A stretch of 64,000 bases of DNA from an uncultured Clostridia bacterium (GTDB lineage: Bacteria; Bacillota; Clostridia; Christensenellales; UBA1242), in contig CAKVMI010000002.1 in NCBI GenBank assembly GCA_934772525.1, positions 6,309 through 70,308 on the forward strand. The letters are read 5' to 3'. The translations under genes were made by a program, and so were the position numbers. Below are positions 30,781 to 40,169 of the stretch, piece after piece (position 1 is the stretch's first letter; the number at the start of each line of letters is the position of its first letter). Under the pieces are notes generated by a model that saw nothing but the letters and a program-made list of their open reading frames with translations, was not told where the DNA came from and did not search any database.

Positions 30781-31329
30781 ATGAAAGTAGTGTTTATTTT
30801 TTGTTTAGTTTTTTTGGGGTTGCTTGTATTATTGCTAATTCCTTTACCAGCCAAGGTTCAGTTTGTGCTAGATATAAAAAGTCGTAGTTTGTACTATAGT
30901 CTTAGTGCAATAAAAATTAATCTTAGTAAGGGAAAATTATACTTATTGGATGATTTTACAATTTCCCAAATTACTACAACTTCTAAAATTATGAAAACTA
31001 ATGACCCTAAAATTGTTCAGCAATTATTAATACAAAAAATGTTTTCATATTTCAAGATTAGAAAAGTCGTCTTTTTGTTAGATGGTGGATTGGTTTCGGA
31101 CGCTTTTTTAACTAGTATGCTTATTGGCACATTTCAGTCAATAATTTTAAGTTTAATTCCACAAATATCCGCGTCAAAGATTGATATTCAAATTAACCCT
31201 ACATACAACGAAAACAATCTAAACATTGCTTCAAAAATTAATATTACAATCAATGCACTTTCTATAATAATTTCAATTATTTACGCAAAAACTAAATATA
31301 GTAAAATGCAAAAAGGAGAAGTTAAATGA
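30781..31329 (+). CDS. DUF2953/YtfI-like sporulation membrane protein (tentative)
   Basis: N-terminal TM. Position immediately upstream of and overlapping ytfJ, as in other Firmicutes. Confidence 0.5.
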   Translation: MKVVFIFCLVFLGLLVLLLIPLPAKVQFVLDIKSRSLYYSLSAIKINLSKGKLYLLDDFTISQITTTSKIMKTNDPKIVQQLLIQKMFSYFKIRKVVFLLDGGLVSDAFLTSMLIGTFQSIILSLIPQISASKIDIQINPTYNENNLNIASKINITINALSIIISIIYAKTKYSKMQKGEVK

Positions 31330-31724
31330 GTAGAAAAGATAAAGATAATGATTTACAAAAATCTCAACCTATAGAAAATTTAATATCCAACACAATAAAG
31401 GAAATTAAATCTATGGTTGATAGTGATATTGTGGTTGGGAAAGAAATAAGTGATGAATTTTCGGGTAGGAAAATCTTACCAATTAGCCGAATAAGTGTAG
31501 GTTTTGTTGCGGGTGGTGGCGAATATTCTGAAAGCCTAGACAAAAGCAGATTTCCTTATGCTGGTGGTTCAGGTGCTGGTTTTTCGGTTATACCAATGGG
31601 ACTACTTGTAATAGAAAAAGATGATGTACAGTATTTAAAAATATCACAATCGGAACCACTTCTAAAACTTATTGACTGTATACCCGATTGTATAGAAGCG
31701 TTAAAAAAGAAATTTAAGGAGTAA
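31326..31724 (+). CDS. ytfJ: GerW/YtfJ-family sporulation protein
   Basis: ISRISVGFVAGGGEY ... GGSGAGFSVIPMGLLVI hallmark. Confidence 0.85.
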   Translation: MSRKDKDNDLQKSQPIENLISNTIKEIKSMVDSDIVVGKEISDEFSGRKILPISRISVGFVAGGGEYSESLDKSRFPYAGGSGAGFSVIPMGLLVIEKDDVQYLKISQSEPLLKLIDCIPDCIEALKKKFKE

Positions 31725-31727
31725 ACA

Positions 31728-33140
31728 ATGCTTAGTTATTCAGAATTCGATAATTTGGGCGGGGTAGATAGTTTCAGAAGTATTTTACCGAATAAGAAAA
31801 TTAGCGAAGACATTACCCGTGGTAGGTTTGAATACAATAAGCCCACAAGAGATTATAATGAGTTGGAAAAACCTCAAAACTCTGATAAGGGTAAAACCCG
31901 TGGAGATTGCGCAGAACCATATTACAAATCAAAGCACGTTAATGTTTTTGCATTATTTGTTTCTATAGTATTTATAGGGATATTAGTTGTAATTGCTTCA
32001 ATGACATTTTGCGAAACGGTTAGGTATACAACTTTTTTTAAGTCATTTGGTGCTGAAAAAACTAATGATAATAAAACTGAACCATATAAAGCGATGTGTG
32101 TTATAGAACAAAATTCCGGAAGGGAAATAATGGGGCTAAATGCTGAAGATAAGTTATGCCAAGCAAGCACAACCAAAATAATGACATTAATAGTAGCACT
32201 AGAAAACATAAGTGACTACGAAGCAGTTGTGACCATTCCAGATAGTGCAGTAGGCATAGAAGGTACTAGTACATATTTAAGACTTGGCGAAAACTTAAAA
32301 ATAATTGATTTAATGTACGGATTAATGTTGGCGTCTGGAAACGACAATGCGGTAGCACTTGCAATAATCACAAGTGGAAGTGAAGAAAATTTTGTAAAAC
32401 TAATGAATGAATATGCTAAAAAATTGAATTTAACTAATACTCACTTTGATAACCCACATGGTCTTCATGGTAGTACTCACTACACTTCCGCCCTTGACCT
32501 TGCAAAACTTACCGCATACGCTATGAAGAACGAAACATTTAGAAAGATTGTATCCACCAAACGCTACACAGTGGACGAAACTAATTGCACTAAAACAAAA
32601 CGTTACCTAAAGAATAAGCAAAAACTACTATTTGATGATAATTTAATAAATTCTGGTTTCGTTGCAACTGGCGTGAAGTCGGGGTTTACTCCTGAAGCTG
32701 GAAGATGTTTGGTTACAAGTGCCACAATTAACGGCAAGGAATTAATAGCGGTTGTGTTAAATTGTCCAGATATGTTCAATGAAAGCGCAAGGGTTTTAAA
32801 GGAAGCCGAAGCCAAGATTGAAAACAAAAGTATAATTGAAGCATACTCATTTATATCTAACTTGCCAGTAGAAAACTCTAAAACAACCAGCGTAAAGGTA
32901 TATACTAAAGCGGGTTTTGTTTATCCAATACTAAAATCGGGCGAAGATAAAATTAATGTAAATGTTAATTTGCCAGAAAAGTTAGTCGCTCCAGTAACTA
33001 AAGACCAAGTAGTTGGAAGTATTAGCGTAACACTAAATGGTAACGAAATTTTTAAAGCCGATTTATATAGTTTAGAAGATGCCCCAAGTATTACAACAAT
33101 GGATATTTTTAAAGATATTACAAAGCAATTTGTAGCGTAA
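31728..33140 (+). CDS. D-alanyl-D-alanine carboxypeptidase (S11) with N-terminal cytoplasmic extension and TM anchor
   Basis: STTK (SxxK), SGNDN (SxN), KSGFT (KxG), PBP5 C-terminal domain. Confidence 0.85.
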   Translation: MLSYSEFDNLGGVDSFRSILPNKKISEDITRGRFEYNKPTRDYNELEKPQNSDKGKTRGDCAEPYYKSKHVNVFALFVSIVFIGILVVIASMTFCETVRYTTFFKSFGAEKTNDNKTEPYKAMCVIEQNSGREIMGLNAEDKLCQASTTKIMTLIVALENISDYEAVVTIPDSAVGIEGTSTYLRLGENLKIIDLMYGLMLASGNDNAVALAIITSGSEENFVKLMNEYAKKLNLTNTHFDNPHGLHGSTHYTSALDLAKLTAYAMKNETFRKIVSTKRYTVDETNCTKTKRYLKNKQKLLFDDNLINSGFVATGVKSGFTPEAGRCLVTSATINGKELIAVVLNCPDMFNESARVLKEAEAKIENKSIIEAYSFISNLPVENSKTTSVKVYTKAGFVYPILKSGEDKINVNVNLPEKLVAPVTKDQVVGSISVTLNGNEIFKADLYSLEDAPSITTMDIFKDITKQFVA

Positions 33141-33147
33141 TACTTTC

Positions 33148-33307
33148 ATAATAAAACCAAATTTATGTTTTAAAATAATTAATTTTTATTAAAAAACTAA
33201 ATTTATGCCTTAAATTAATCAAATTCTATAATAAAACCAAGTTTTGCTTTAAATAAGTTAAATTTTACAAAAAAATTAAATTTGTACTTTAACATAATTA
33301 ATTTTTT
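33148..33307. repeat. Four degenerate ~40-bp tandem repeats in a convergent intergenic region
   Basis: Units start at 33148, 33188, 33228 and 33267. Shared pattern ATAAAACYAArTTTwTGyyTTAAAwTAAkTwAATTTT. Confidence 0.7.
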
Positions 33308-33315
33308 AGAAACAA

Positions 33316-33345
33316 AAGTCTATGCGAATATTCACGCATAGACTT
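33316..33345. terminator. Bidirectional terminator (dac gene / rluB)
   Basis: AAGTCTATGCG / CGCATAGACTT 11-bp stem flanked by A-rich and T-rich runs. Confidence 0.85.
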
Positions 33346-33359
33346 ATTTTATTTATTAT

Positions 33360-34100
33360 TTACTTTTTACTTTTTTCAAGTTTTATTGTGCCGTTACCTA
33401 AAAGTGCATACTTTGGGTCAAAGGTCTTTGTTGTACCACGAGCGAGTCCCCCAAGTCGTAGCATTCCAATTTGGGTACGCTTTAAAAATACGACATTTTT
33501 ACCAATAGATTCAAACATACGTCTAATCTCACGATTTTTTCCTTCGCTGATTATAACTTCAAGTTTTGTAAGTCCATTAGATACTTCAATAGGCTTAATG
33601 CTTGCAGGAGCGGTAATTGTGCCGTCGTCCAATTTTACACCCTTACAAAGAATAACAATTTCTTTGCTTGTAATTTCTCCTTCAATTTTTACAATATAGT
33701 GCTTTTGAATTTTATTTTTTGGGGAAGTAATCTTATTCGCAAAATCTCCGTCGTTGGTAAACAGCAAAAGTCCTTCGCTATCATAGTCTAGTCTTCCAAC
33801 GGGTTTTACAAGTTTTCTATACTTTTCGGGAATGAAGTCCATAACGGTCTTTCTGCCTTTCTCGTCAGAAACCGAAGTAATACATCCCTTTGGTTTATAA
33901 AGCATTAGGTAAACGTAATTATCGGTATATTCAACGTGCTTTCCGTTTACAAATACGGTATCATTATTTTCATCTACAGTTGTTGCAAGGTTTGTAACAA
34001 CCGAGCCATTTATGGTAACTTTTCCGCTTGTTATAAGTTCTTCAGCATTTCTTCTACTGGCAACTCCACAAGTAGATAAAAATTTATTTAATCTCATCAT
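33360..34100 (-). CDS. rluB: 23S rRNA pseudouridine synthase, RsuA/RluB family
   Basis: S4 domain MRLNKFLSTCGVASRR; catalytic GRLDYDSEGLLLFTNDG. Confidence 0.9.
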   Translation of the reverse strand: MMRLNKFLSTCGVASRRNAEELITSGKVTINGSVVTNLATTVDENNDTVFVNGKHVEYTDNYVYLMLYKPKGCITSVSDEKGRKTVMDFIPEKYRKLVKPVGRLDYDSEGLLLFTNDGDFANKITSPKNKIQKHYIVKIEGEITSKEIVILCKGVKLDDGTITAPASIKPIEVSNGLTKLEVIISEGKNREIRRMFESIGKNVVFLKRTQIGMLRLGGLARGTTKTFDPKYALLGNGTIKLEKSKK

Positions 34101-34190
34101 AAAAAATTTTCTCCTATTCGGGTTAATTTTACACTAAATGTAATATTTTTTCAAGTATTTTAGCTTTTTTCAATGCAAATAATAATTTTC

Positions 34191-34220
34191 TTGCAAAATT
34201 AAACTTATAAGTGATATAAT
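34191..34220 (+). promoter_or_regulatory. Promoter abutting the plsC start (candidate leaderless transcript)
   Basis: TTGCAA-18 nt-TATAAT. The -10 ends 6 nt before ATG 34227, and there is no SD. Confidence 0.4.
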
Positions 34221-34226
34221 TTAAGT

Positions 34227-34874
34227 ATGAAAAAATTTTTTAGAAAACTAGGCTCCTTTTTTGGATATATAAATAGATTTATTATTGCGTGCTTGCTCGT
34301 GATTTTTAGTTTAATTTTGTATATTCCATTTAGAATTTTATTTCCTATAAAGGTTTTGGGTAGAAAAAACTTAAAAAATCAAAAAACGGGGCAGTTGATT
34401 GCTTGCAATCACTACTCAAACTTTGATGTCTGGATGCTCCAAGTCTTATTTTTTAAACGCTTTTGGTTAAGAAAATTCCTTGCAAAAAAAGAACTCGGCA
34501 AAAATTGTTTTTCAAGAACTTTTGTGGGTGGGTTAGGTGCAATTTTTATAGACCGAAACAACTTAGATATTAAAGCGATGAAAGAGGTTTTATCCGAATT
34601 GAAAAAAGGTAAAAATATTATAATTTTCCCAGAAGGCACTAGAAATAAATCGGGGTCAGAAGATTTGCAAGATATTAAATCGGGCGTCATATTTTTTGCG
34701 GATAGAGCAAAATGCAATATAGTTCCAATGATTATAAAGCACCGCATTAAGCCATTCCACAAAAACCAAATCATTATTGGCGAAGGTTATAAAGTTACTA
34801 ATTCAGGTAAGGCTGGTCAACAAATAGAACTTGATATTTTAAATGACAAGTTCCAATCTTTAAGAGAAATGTAG
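34227..34874 (+). CDS. plsC: 1-acyl-sn-glycerol-3-phosphate acyltransferase
   Basis: NHYSNFD (HxxxxD) and FPEGTR acyltransferase motifs; N-terminal TM. Confidence 0.85.
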   Translation: MKKFFRKLGSFFGYINRFIIACLLVIFSLILYIPFRILFPIKVLGRKNLKNQKTGQLIACNHYSNFDVWMLQVLFFKRFWLRKFLAKKELGKNCFSRTFVGGLGAIFIDRNNLDIKAMKEVLSELKKGKNIIIFPEGTRNKSGSEDLQDIKSGVIFFADRAKCNIVPMIIKHRIKPFHKNQIIIGEGYKVTNSGKAGQQIELDILNDKFQSLREM

Positions 34875-34884
34875 GAGAAAATTT

Positions 34885-35244
34885 ATGTCTAACATTTTAA
34901 CTGTTACAATAGATTCGTGGGTATTATACACAATTATGGGTGTGTTGCTTTTAGGGAATATTGCATTCATCATTATGTTTGTAAAAAGTGTAATGCGAAA
35001 TAACGAATTAGAAGACCGTATTCAGAATGATTTAAGAGAGAAGATAGGAAAAACCGAGTATGATAAAAATAGGGCTCAGCCACTTGATGCTCAACCAAAA
35101 GAAAACGGCGATTGCAAATATAAAATTGTAGAAAGTGCAAAAAAAGATGGCTTTTTTGTAATAGATAAAAAGACGAAGGAAACTTTGAGTTTTGCATCTA
35201 CAAAAGCCGAAGCAAATGAAATTATAAAGGAATTATCAAGATAA
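34885..35244 (+). CDS. Membrane-anchored small protein with DUF2188-like C-terminal domain (tentative)
   Basis: N-terminal TM. C-terminus YKIV..DGFFVIDKKT..FASTKAEANEIIKEL resembles DUF2188. SD AGGAGA. Confidence 0.5.
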   Translation: MSNILTVTIDSWVLYTIMGVLLLGNIAFIIMFVKSVMRNNELEDRIQNDLREKIGKTEYDKNRAQPLDAQPKENGDCKYKIVESAKKDGFFVIDKKTKETLSFASTKAEANEIIKELSR

Positions 35245-35248
35245 ATAA

Positions 35249-35277
35249 AAACGCTACCAATCTCACGGTAGCGTTTT
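35249..35277 (+). terminator. Rho-independent terminator
   Basis: AAACGCTACC / GGTAGCGTTT stem with U-run. Confidence 0.85.
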
Positions 35278-35509
35278 AGTTTTGTGTAAAATTATTAGTT
35301 TTATTTTTTAGCAGATAGTAAAAAGTAAATTGGCTTGTACAATTCTAAATTTGGATGATAATGTATGGCTAGATTAATTATCGGAACATTTCAATTAAAA
35401 TATCGAAATAATAGTAATTATATTATATTTTTCATTATATATAACGCAAAAAACTTTACTCTTTAAAATAATACTTGTTTTTTTGTAAACTTTAGATTGT
35501 AAACGTAAT

Positions 35510-36034
35510 CTATTTTATTAAGCAAAAAGCAATGTTAGTAGAAAGCATATACATTAGCCAAAGCGTCCAAATTGAAGAAAGTATCCCAGCAATAATGCTA
35601 GAATTGTAATATCTATATACCATATAAATTGCAACAATTATGCTAGCACCCAAAATTGCACAACCAACAATAGGTAGATTTAGTCCAAAAGTAAAAAGTG
35701 GCCATAAAATAAATAATACCAAATGAATAATTAGCGGAATAAAGTTTTCTAAAATTTCCTTTTTAGGTCTATTGTCCGTAAATCTTGAAAGCCACATAAA
35801 GTAGGATGCAAGCCCAATTAGGTCTAGCCCAAACATAGTACTCCACATTAAAATTTTAAAGTCTAATGCAAACTTAGGTTCGTTTCCAACCTTAAACGAA
35901 TAAAAGTTGTTTCCGCACATTAAGTAGCAAATGCCTGCAATAGCCATACTACCAAGAATAAATATAAATACATAAAGCCAATAAATTTCGCCACGGGAAT
36001 CATTTTCGGTTTCTTCTTTTAAATTATATTCCAT
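35510..36034 (-). CDS. Five-TM Trp-rich membrane protein, TspO/MBR-like (tentative)
   Basis: Start moved to ATG 36034 (GGAGA 5 nt upstream). Spacing of TM segments and aromatic residues is loosely TspO-like. Confidence 0.35.
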   Translation of the reverse strand: MEYNLKEETENDSRGEIYWLYVFIFILGSMAIAGICYLMCGNNFYSFKVGNEPKFALDFKILMWSTMFGLDLIGLASYFMWLSRFTDNRPKKEILENFIPLIIHLVLFILWPLFTFGLNLPIVGCAILGASIIVAIYMVYRYYNSSIIAGILSSIWTLWLMYMLSTNIAFCLIK

Positions 36035-36206
36035 AGTAATCTCCAAAAAATTATTTTATTAGAATTATTTACAAGTATCGGGCAAATATTCATTTGCATG
36101 AAAATTTTCGAAATTTTATCCTGCTAAAATAAAGGGTATTCGGTTGACAAAAGAAACGATTAATAGTATCATTAATAAGATAATTATGGAATAATAGGAG
36201 AAAGAT

Positions 36207-37787
36207 ATGATTCAATGTACCAATGTAAGACTACAATTTGGAGCAAGAGTATTATTTGAAGATGTAAACATCAAGTTTACTAAGGGTAATTGCTACGGAA
36301 TAATAGGAGCAAACGGGGCGGGTAAGTCTACATTTTTAAAATTGCTTACCGGTGAACTTTCTCCTAGCAGTGGTGATATTTCAATTTCTAAAAATGAAAG
36401 AATGTCTGTTTTAGAACAAAACCAAAATGCTTATAATGATAAAACCGCTTTGCAAACCGTTCTTTTAGGTCATAAAAGACTAGTTGACATTATGAATGAA
36501 AAGGACGCTATTTACGCAAAAGCCGATTTTACCGATGAAGATGGTATTCGTGCTGGCGAACTTGAAACGGAATTTGCAGAACTTGGTGGTTGGGAAGCGG
36601 AAGGCGAAGCCGAAACTTTACTTAAAAATTTGGGAATTGATGAAACCGATTTTAATAAACTTATGGCAGACATCGAACCAAAGCAAAAGGTTAAAGTTTT
36701 ACTTGCAAAGGCACTATTTATGAACCCAGACATATTAATACTAGATGAACCTACGAATAACCTTGATGCAAAAACAGTAAACTGGTTAGAAGAGTACTTG
36801 ATTGATTTTGAAAATATTATCATTGTAGTAAGCCACAACCGTTATTTTTTAAATAGAATTTGTACTCATATTTGTGACCTAGATTACGGCAAATTAAATT
36901 TGTTCTCTGGCAACTATGATATGTGGTATGAAACTAGCCAATTATTACAACGCCAAGCAAAAGAGCAGAACAAAAAAGCCGAACAACGTGCTAAGGAATT
37001 GCAAGAATTTATTGCAAGATTTAGTGCAAATGCAAGTAAATCTCGTCAAGCAACGAGTAGAAAAAAGGAACTTGAAAAACTAGAATTTGCAGATATTAAG
37101 GTAAGTTCTAGAAAGTATCCATACATCGACTTTAGACCAGAAAGAGAAGTCGGTAACGATATTTTAACGGTAGAAAACCTAACTAAAAAGGGTTATTTTG
37201 AAAACGTAAGTTTTGTACTAAATAAAGAAGATAAAATTGGTTTTCTAAGTGATAAAAGTACTACAACCACAATGCTATTCAAGATTTTAGCAGGCGAAGA
37301 ACAACCAGATAGTGGAAGTTTTAAGTGGGGTAGCACAATCACAGTTGGATATTTACCAGAAAATAACGAAAAGTTCTTTGCAGGTTGTGAACTAAACTTG
37401 GTTCAATGGCTTGGTCAGTTTGCAGCAGAAAAAGACCAACGTGATGAAACTTTCTTAAGGGGCTGGCTTGGAAGAATGCTATTTACAGGAGAGGAAAGCC
37501 AAAAGAAAGCGTGTGTCATTAGTGGTGGCGAAAGAGTTAGATGTATGATGAGTAGGGCAATGTTAAAGGGTAGTAATGTGCTAATTTTTGACGAACCTAC
37601 CAACCACTTAGACCTAGAAAGTATAACTAGTTTAAATAAGGGAATGATTAACTTTAAAGGTCCGATTCTATTTACTTCACACGACCACGAATTAATGCAA
37701 ACGGTTGCAAATCGTATTATAGTTATAAACGATACAAAAGAATTTGACCGTCATACAACATATAACGACTATTTGGGTATTAACTAA
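36207..37787 (+). CDS. ABC-F family ATPase (two ABC domains, no TMD)
   Basis: Two Walker A / signature / Walker B sets (GANGAGKST, LDEPTNNLD; SGGERVR, FDEPTNHLD) and a charged inter-domain linker. Confidence 0.9.
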   Translation: MIQCTNVRLQFGARVLFEDVNIKFTKGNCYGIIGANGAGKSTFLKLLTGELSPSSGDISISKNERMSVLEQNQNAYNDKTALQTVLLGHKRLVDIMNEKDAIYAKADFTDEDGIRAGELETEFAELGGWEAEGEAETLLKNLGIDETDFNKLMADIEPKQKVKVLLAKALFMNPDILILDEPTNNLDAKTVNWLEEYLIDFENIIIVVSHNRYFLNRICTHICDLDYGKLNLFSGNYDMWYETSQLLQRQAKEQNKKAEQRAKELQEFIARFSANASKSRQATSRKKELEKLEFADIKVSSRKYPYIDFRPEREVGNDILTVENLTKKGYFENVSFVLNKEDKIGFLSDKSTTTTMLFKILAGEEQPDSGSFKWGSTITVGYLPENNEKFFAGCELNLVQWLGQFAAEKDQRDETFLRGWLGRMLFTGEESQKKACVISGGERVRCMMSRAMLKGSNVLIFDEPTNHLDLESITSLNKGMINFKGPILFTSHDHELMQTVANRIIVINDTKEFDRHTTYNDYLGIN

Positions 37788-37882
37788 TAGTTGTGGTAAA
37801 AAAATTATTTGAATTTAGGTTGATACATTTTAGGAGTGAAAAATAAAAAACATAAACTATTTTGGAAAATTTGAAAAAATAG

Positions 37883-37911
37883 TTGACAACACTCTTAAAA
37901 TGTAGTAAACT
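37883..37911 (+). promoter_or_regulatory. Promoter of the 6-tRNA operon
   Basis: TTGACA-17 nt-TAAACT. Confidence 0.6.
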
Positions 37912-37994
37912 TAATTATGTTGTTAGGCAAGCATAAAAACTTCTCTAATAATATTAATGCCAAGTTACTTTGACAGTACTTTGATTTAATTTGT

Positions 37995-38071
37995 CGGGGT
38001 GTAGCGCAGTTTGGTAGCGCACGTGGTTTGGGTCCATGGGGTCGGGAGTTCGAGTCTCTCCACCCCGACCA
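37995..38071 (+). tRNA. tRNA-Pro (TGG)
   Basis: CGGGGTG acceptor, anticodon loop TTTGGGT, encoded CCA. Confidence 0.95.
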
Positions 38072-38095
38072 TTAAGTTTCAATCCTTTGGGATTT

Positions 38096-38172
38096 GGACC
38101 TTTAGCTCAGTTGGTTAGAGCAACCGGCTCATAACCGGTTTGTCCGCGGTTCAAGTCCGTGAAGGTCCACCA
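38096..38172 (+). tRNA. tRNA with CAT anticodon, probably tRNA-Ile2 (lysidine) rather than elongator Met
   Basis: GGACCTTTAGCTCAGTTGGTTAGAGC..CTCATAA loop. Resembles Bacillus Ile2(CAU) as I recall it. Encoded CCA. Confidence 0.9.
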
Positions 38173-38179
38173 TTAATTT

Positions 38180-38256
38180 GGCTCCGTAGCTCAGTTGGTT
38201 AGAGCGATAGCCTGTCACGCTATAGGTCGACGGTTCGAGCCCGTTCGGAGTCGCCA
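38180..38256 (+). tRNA. tRNA-Asp (GTC)
   Basis: Anticodon loop CTGTCAC, encoded CCA. Confidence 0.95.
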
Positions 38257-38297
38257 TTACAAATTAAAGTACATCTAGTAACTTGGCATTCAATTTC

Positions 38298-38373
38298 GCC
38301 TTGGTAGCTCAGTCGGTAGAGCAGGGGACTGAAAATCCCCGTGTCGGTGGTTCGATTCCGCCCTAAGGCACCA
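38298..38373 (+). tRNA. tRNA-Phe (GAA)
   Basis: Anticodon loop CTGAAAA, encoded CCA. Confidence 0.95.
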
Positions 38374-38381
38374 CTTTTTAT

Positions 38382-38456
38382 GCTGGTGTGGCTCAATGGT
38401 AGAGCAGCTGATTTGTAATCAGCCGGTTGTTGGTTCGATTCCGACCACCAGCTCCA
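38382..38456 (+). tRNA. tRNA-Thr (TGT)
   Basis: Anticodon loop TTTGTAA, encoded CCA. Confidence 0.93.
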
Positions 38457-38461
38457 TATAT

Positions 38462-38547
38462 GGGTAGGTTGCAGAGCGGCCAAATGCAACGGACTGTAAA
38501 TCCGTCGATTCACGTCTTCGGTGGTTCGAATCCACCCCTGCCCACCA
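38462..38547 (+). tRNA. tRNA-Tyr (GTA), long variable arm
   Basis: Anticodon loop CTGTAAA, class II variable arm, encoded CCA. Confidence 0.95.
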
Positions 38548-38550
38548 AAG

Positions 38551-38577
38551 AGTTCAACTTTTAAGTTGGACTTTTTC
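38551..38577 (+). terminator. Terminator of the tRNA operon
   Basis: AGTTCAACTT / AAGTTGGACT stem followed by T5. Confidence 0.75.
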
Positions 38578-38662
38578 TTTTCTATAATAGTAATATAGAT
38601 GCAAATTATTGATTTTAAAAAATTTTAGTGTATAATAGTTAACCTAGTGGGGGAAAAAATAT

Positions 38663-39679
38663 ATGTTAACCGATGCAAGAAAAGAAGAAATACTTGGAAA
38701 AGATTTTTTAGTATATGCAGATAAAATCTTGACAGATAAAAATTTTAACAACTTTACTAAGTCGTGGATAATAGACTATATCGCAAGTTTCCAAGAGATG
38801 TTAAAGGTTTTTGTAGGTAAAGAACTTTATGAATTTAGTCCAAATGCCATAATTAATAGAATAGCGCGTAACTTATCTGCAGATATAAATTCGGAAATTC
38901 CTTGTAAAATGTCCGACAAAATTAAGTATTATTTTTTTACGCAAGGTGTTTACCATGTTACCGAATTTGGCGATGGGTACATATATTTGCAGGATAGATT
39001 AAAGCCAATAGAAAGAATTAAATGTGCATTAAAATCGGATATGCCATACCCTATGAGTAGTGAAAGATATTCTTACATTATGCATCACGAGTTATCTCAT
39101 TGTGCAAATTCTGATTTTGAAATAATTGATACACAATATCGCTTGCAACAATTAGCATTAAAAATTGAAAATTCTAAAAGAATGAAGGATAGGGTTAAAT
39201 CTCTTTCCGAATACAAATTTCTTCAGATGGGCAAAAAATATATTGTTTCTGCCACGGGAATGGAAATAAATGATTTATCACAAATGTTAATAGGTGTAAA
39301 TCTTGACGACTTGGAAGAGGGCATAGATGAATTAGAGCAAACATTAATTTTAATGGCAATAAATTCTGGCTATAAGCCTAAAAATGATTATGCGTTAAAT
39401 TTGTACACGGCAAAGCATATAGCAAAAATGGTCGGAGTTTGTGACACTTTACGTTGCAGATTACACCATAATTTTAGTGAATTGAATCATTTGTATAACC
39501 AAGTTACCGGGATAGATTTAAAAAAGGTAATTTTTATGCTAAATAAAATTAATGAAAGAAGTCTTGTTGACGATGCCGGTAAAATTAATGCAAAAAGTGA
39601 TTTTATTGATTGGCTATCAAAAATTGAAAAAGACAATAGTTTAAAAGTTTACAGAAACAAGTTAGAAGAATGTAAGTAG
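38663..39679 (+). CDS. Hypothetical protein with an HExxH motif (possible zinc metallopeptidase)
   Basis: SD GGGGGA. 338 aa; the only recognisable motif is IMHHELSHC. Confidence 0.55.
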   Translation: MLTDARKEEILGKDFLVYADKILTDKNFNNFTKSWIIDYIASFQEMLKVFVGKELYEFSPNAIINRIARNLSADINSEIPCKMSDKIKYYFFTQGVYHVTEFGDGYIYLQDRLKPIERIKCALKSDMPYPMSSERYSYIMHHELSHCANSDFEIIDTQYRLQQLALKIENSKRMKDRVKSLSEYKFLQMGKKYIVSATGMEINDLSQMLIGVNLDDLEEGIDELEQTLILMAINSGYKPKNDYALNLYTAKHIAKMVGVCDTLRCRLHHNFSELNHLYNQVTGIDLKKVIFMLNKINERSLVDDAGKINAKSDFIDWLSKIEKDNSLKVYRNKLEECK

Positions 39680-39839
39680 AATCTATTAAAAAATTATGAA
39701 TTTTTAGCGAAATGGAAATTTGCATACACAATTTCACATATTTTTAAAAAATTTAAGAATTTATAAATTGTGCTTGCAATATATAAAAAAAAATTGTATA
39801 CTATAATTACTTTAATTTTAAGTATCAGGAGGAAAACTT

Positions 39840-40067
39840 ATGGCAGAAATTAAGTATGAAGTTACCGAAAAGTTAGGTGCACTTTCAGAACCTGTAAACG
39901 GATATGTTAAGGAATTAAATATGGTTAGTTGGAATGACCACGCTCCAGTATTTGACCTTAGACCATGGACCGTATCTCATGATAGAATGAGCAAGGGCAT
40001 TACATTTAGTAAAGCAGAAGCTAAAGCATTAAGAGATATTTTAAACAGTTTAAATTTAGATGATTAA
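39840..40067 (+). CDS. YdbC-like / PC4-type ssDNA-binding small protein
   Basis: 75 aa. ..ELNMVSWN...VFDLRPW......MSKGITFSKAEAKAL matches the YdbC/PC4 pattern. SD AGGAGG. Confidence 0.6.
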   Translation: MAEIKYEVTEKLGALSEPVNGYVKELNMVSWNDHAPVFDLRPWTVSHDRMSKGITFSKAEAKALRDILNSLNLDD

Positions 40068-40071
40068 TTAA

Positions 40072-40104
40072 AAAATCCATAAGATATAGTCTTATGGATT
40101 TTTA
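40072..40104. terminator. Bidirectional terminator
   Basis: AAATCCATAAG / CTTATGGATTT stem flanked by A5 and T-run. Confidence 0.8.
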
Positions 40105-40169
40105 CTTTGTATAAATTTTTATAAGCGTTTTAGTAGAATCATTATTGATATTTAATGCTAGTGGTAGAA

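Noticed and set aside
33322-33699. 125-aa + strand ORF
   Set aside because: It is antisense to rluB and starts inside the bidirectional terminator. The antisense ORFs within spmA (22154-22613), plsC (34412-34774), lexA (59186-59569), the ABC-F gene (36512-36838) and pnp (53644-54822) are rejected for the same reasons.
38220-38513. 97-aa minus-strand ORF
   Set aside because: It runs entirely across tRNA-Asp/Phe/Thr/Tyr genes. The ORF at 51032-51238 does the same across tRNA-His/Lys/Leu.
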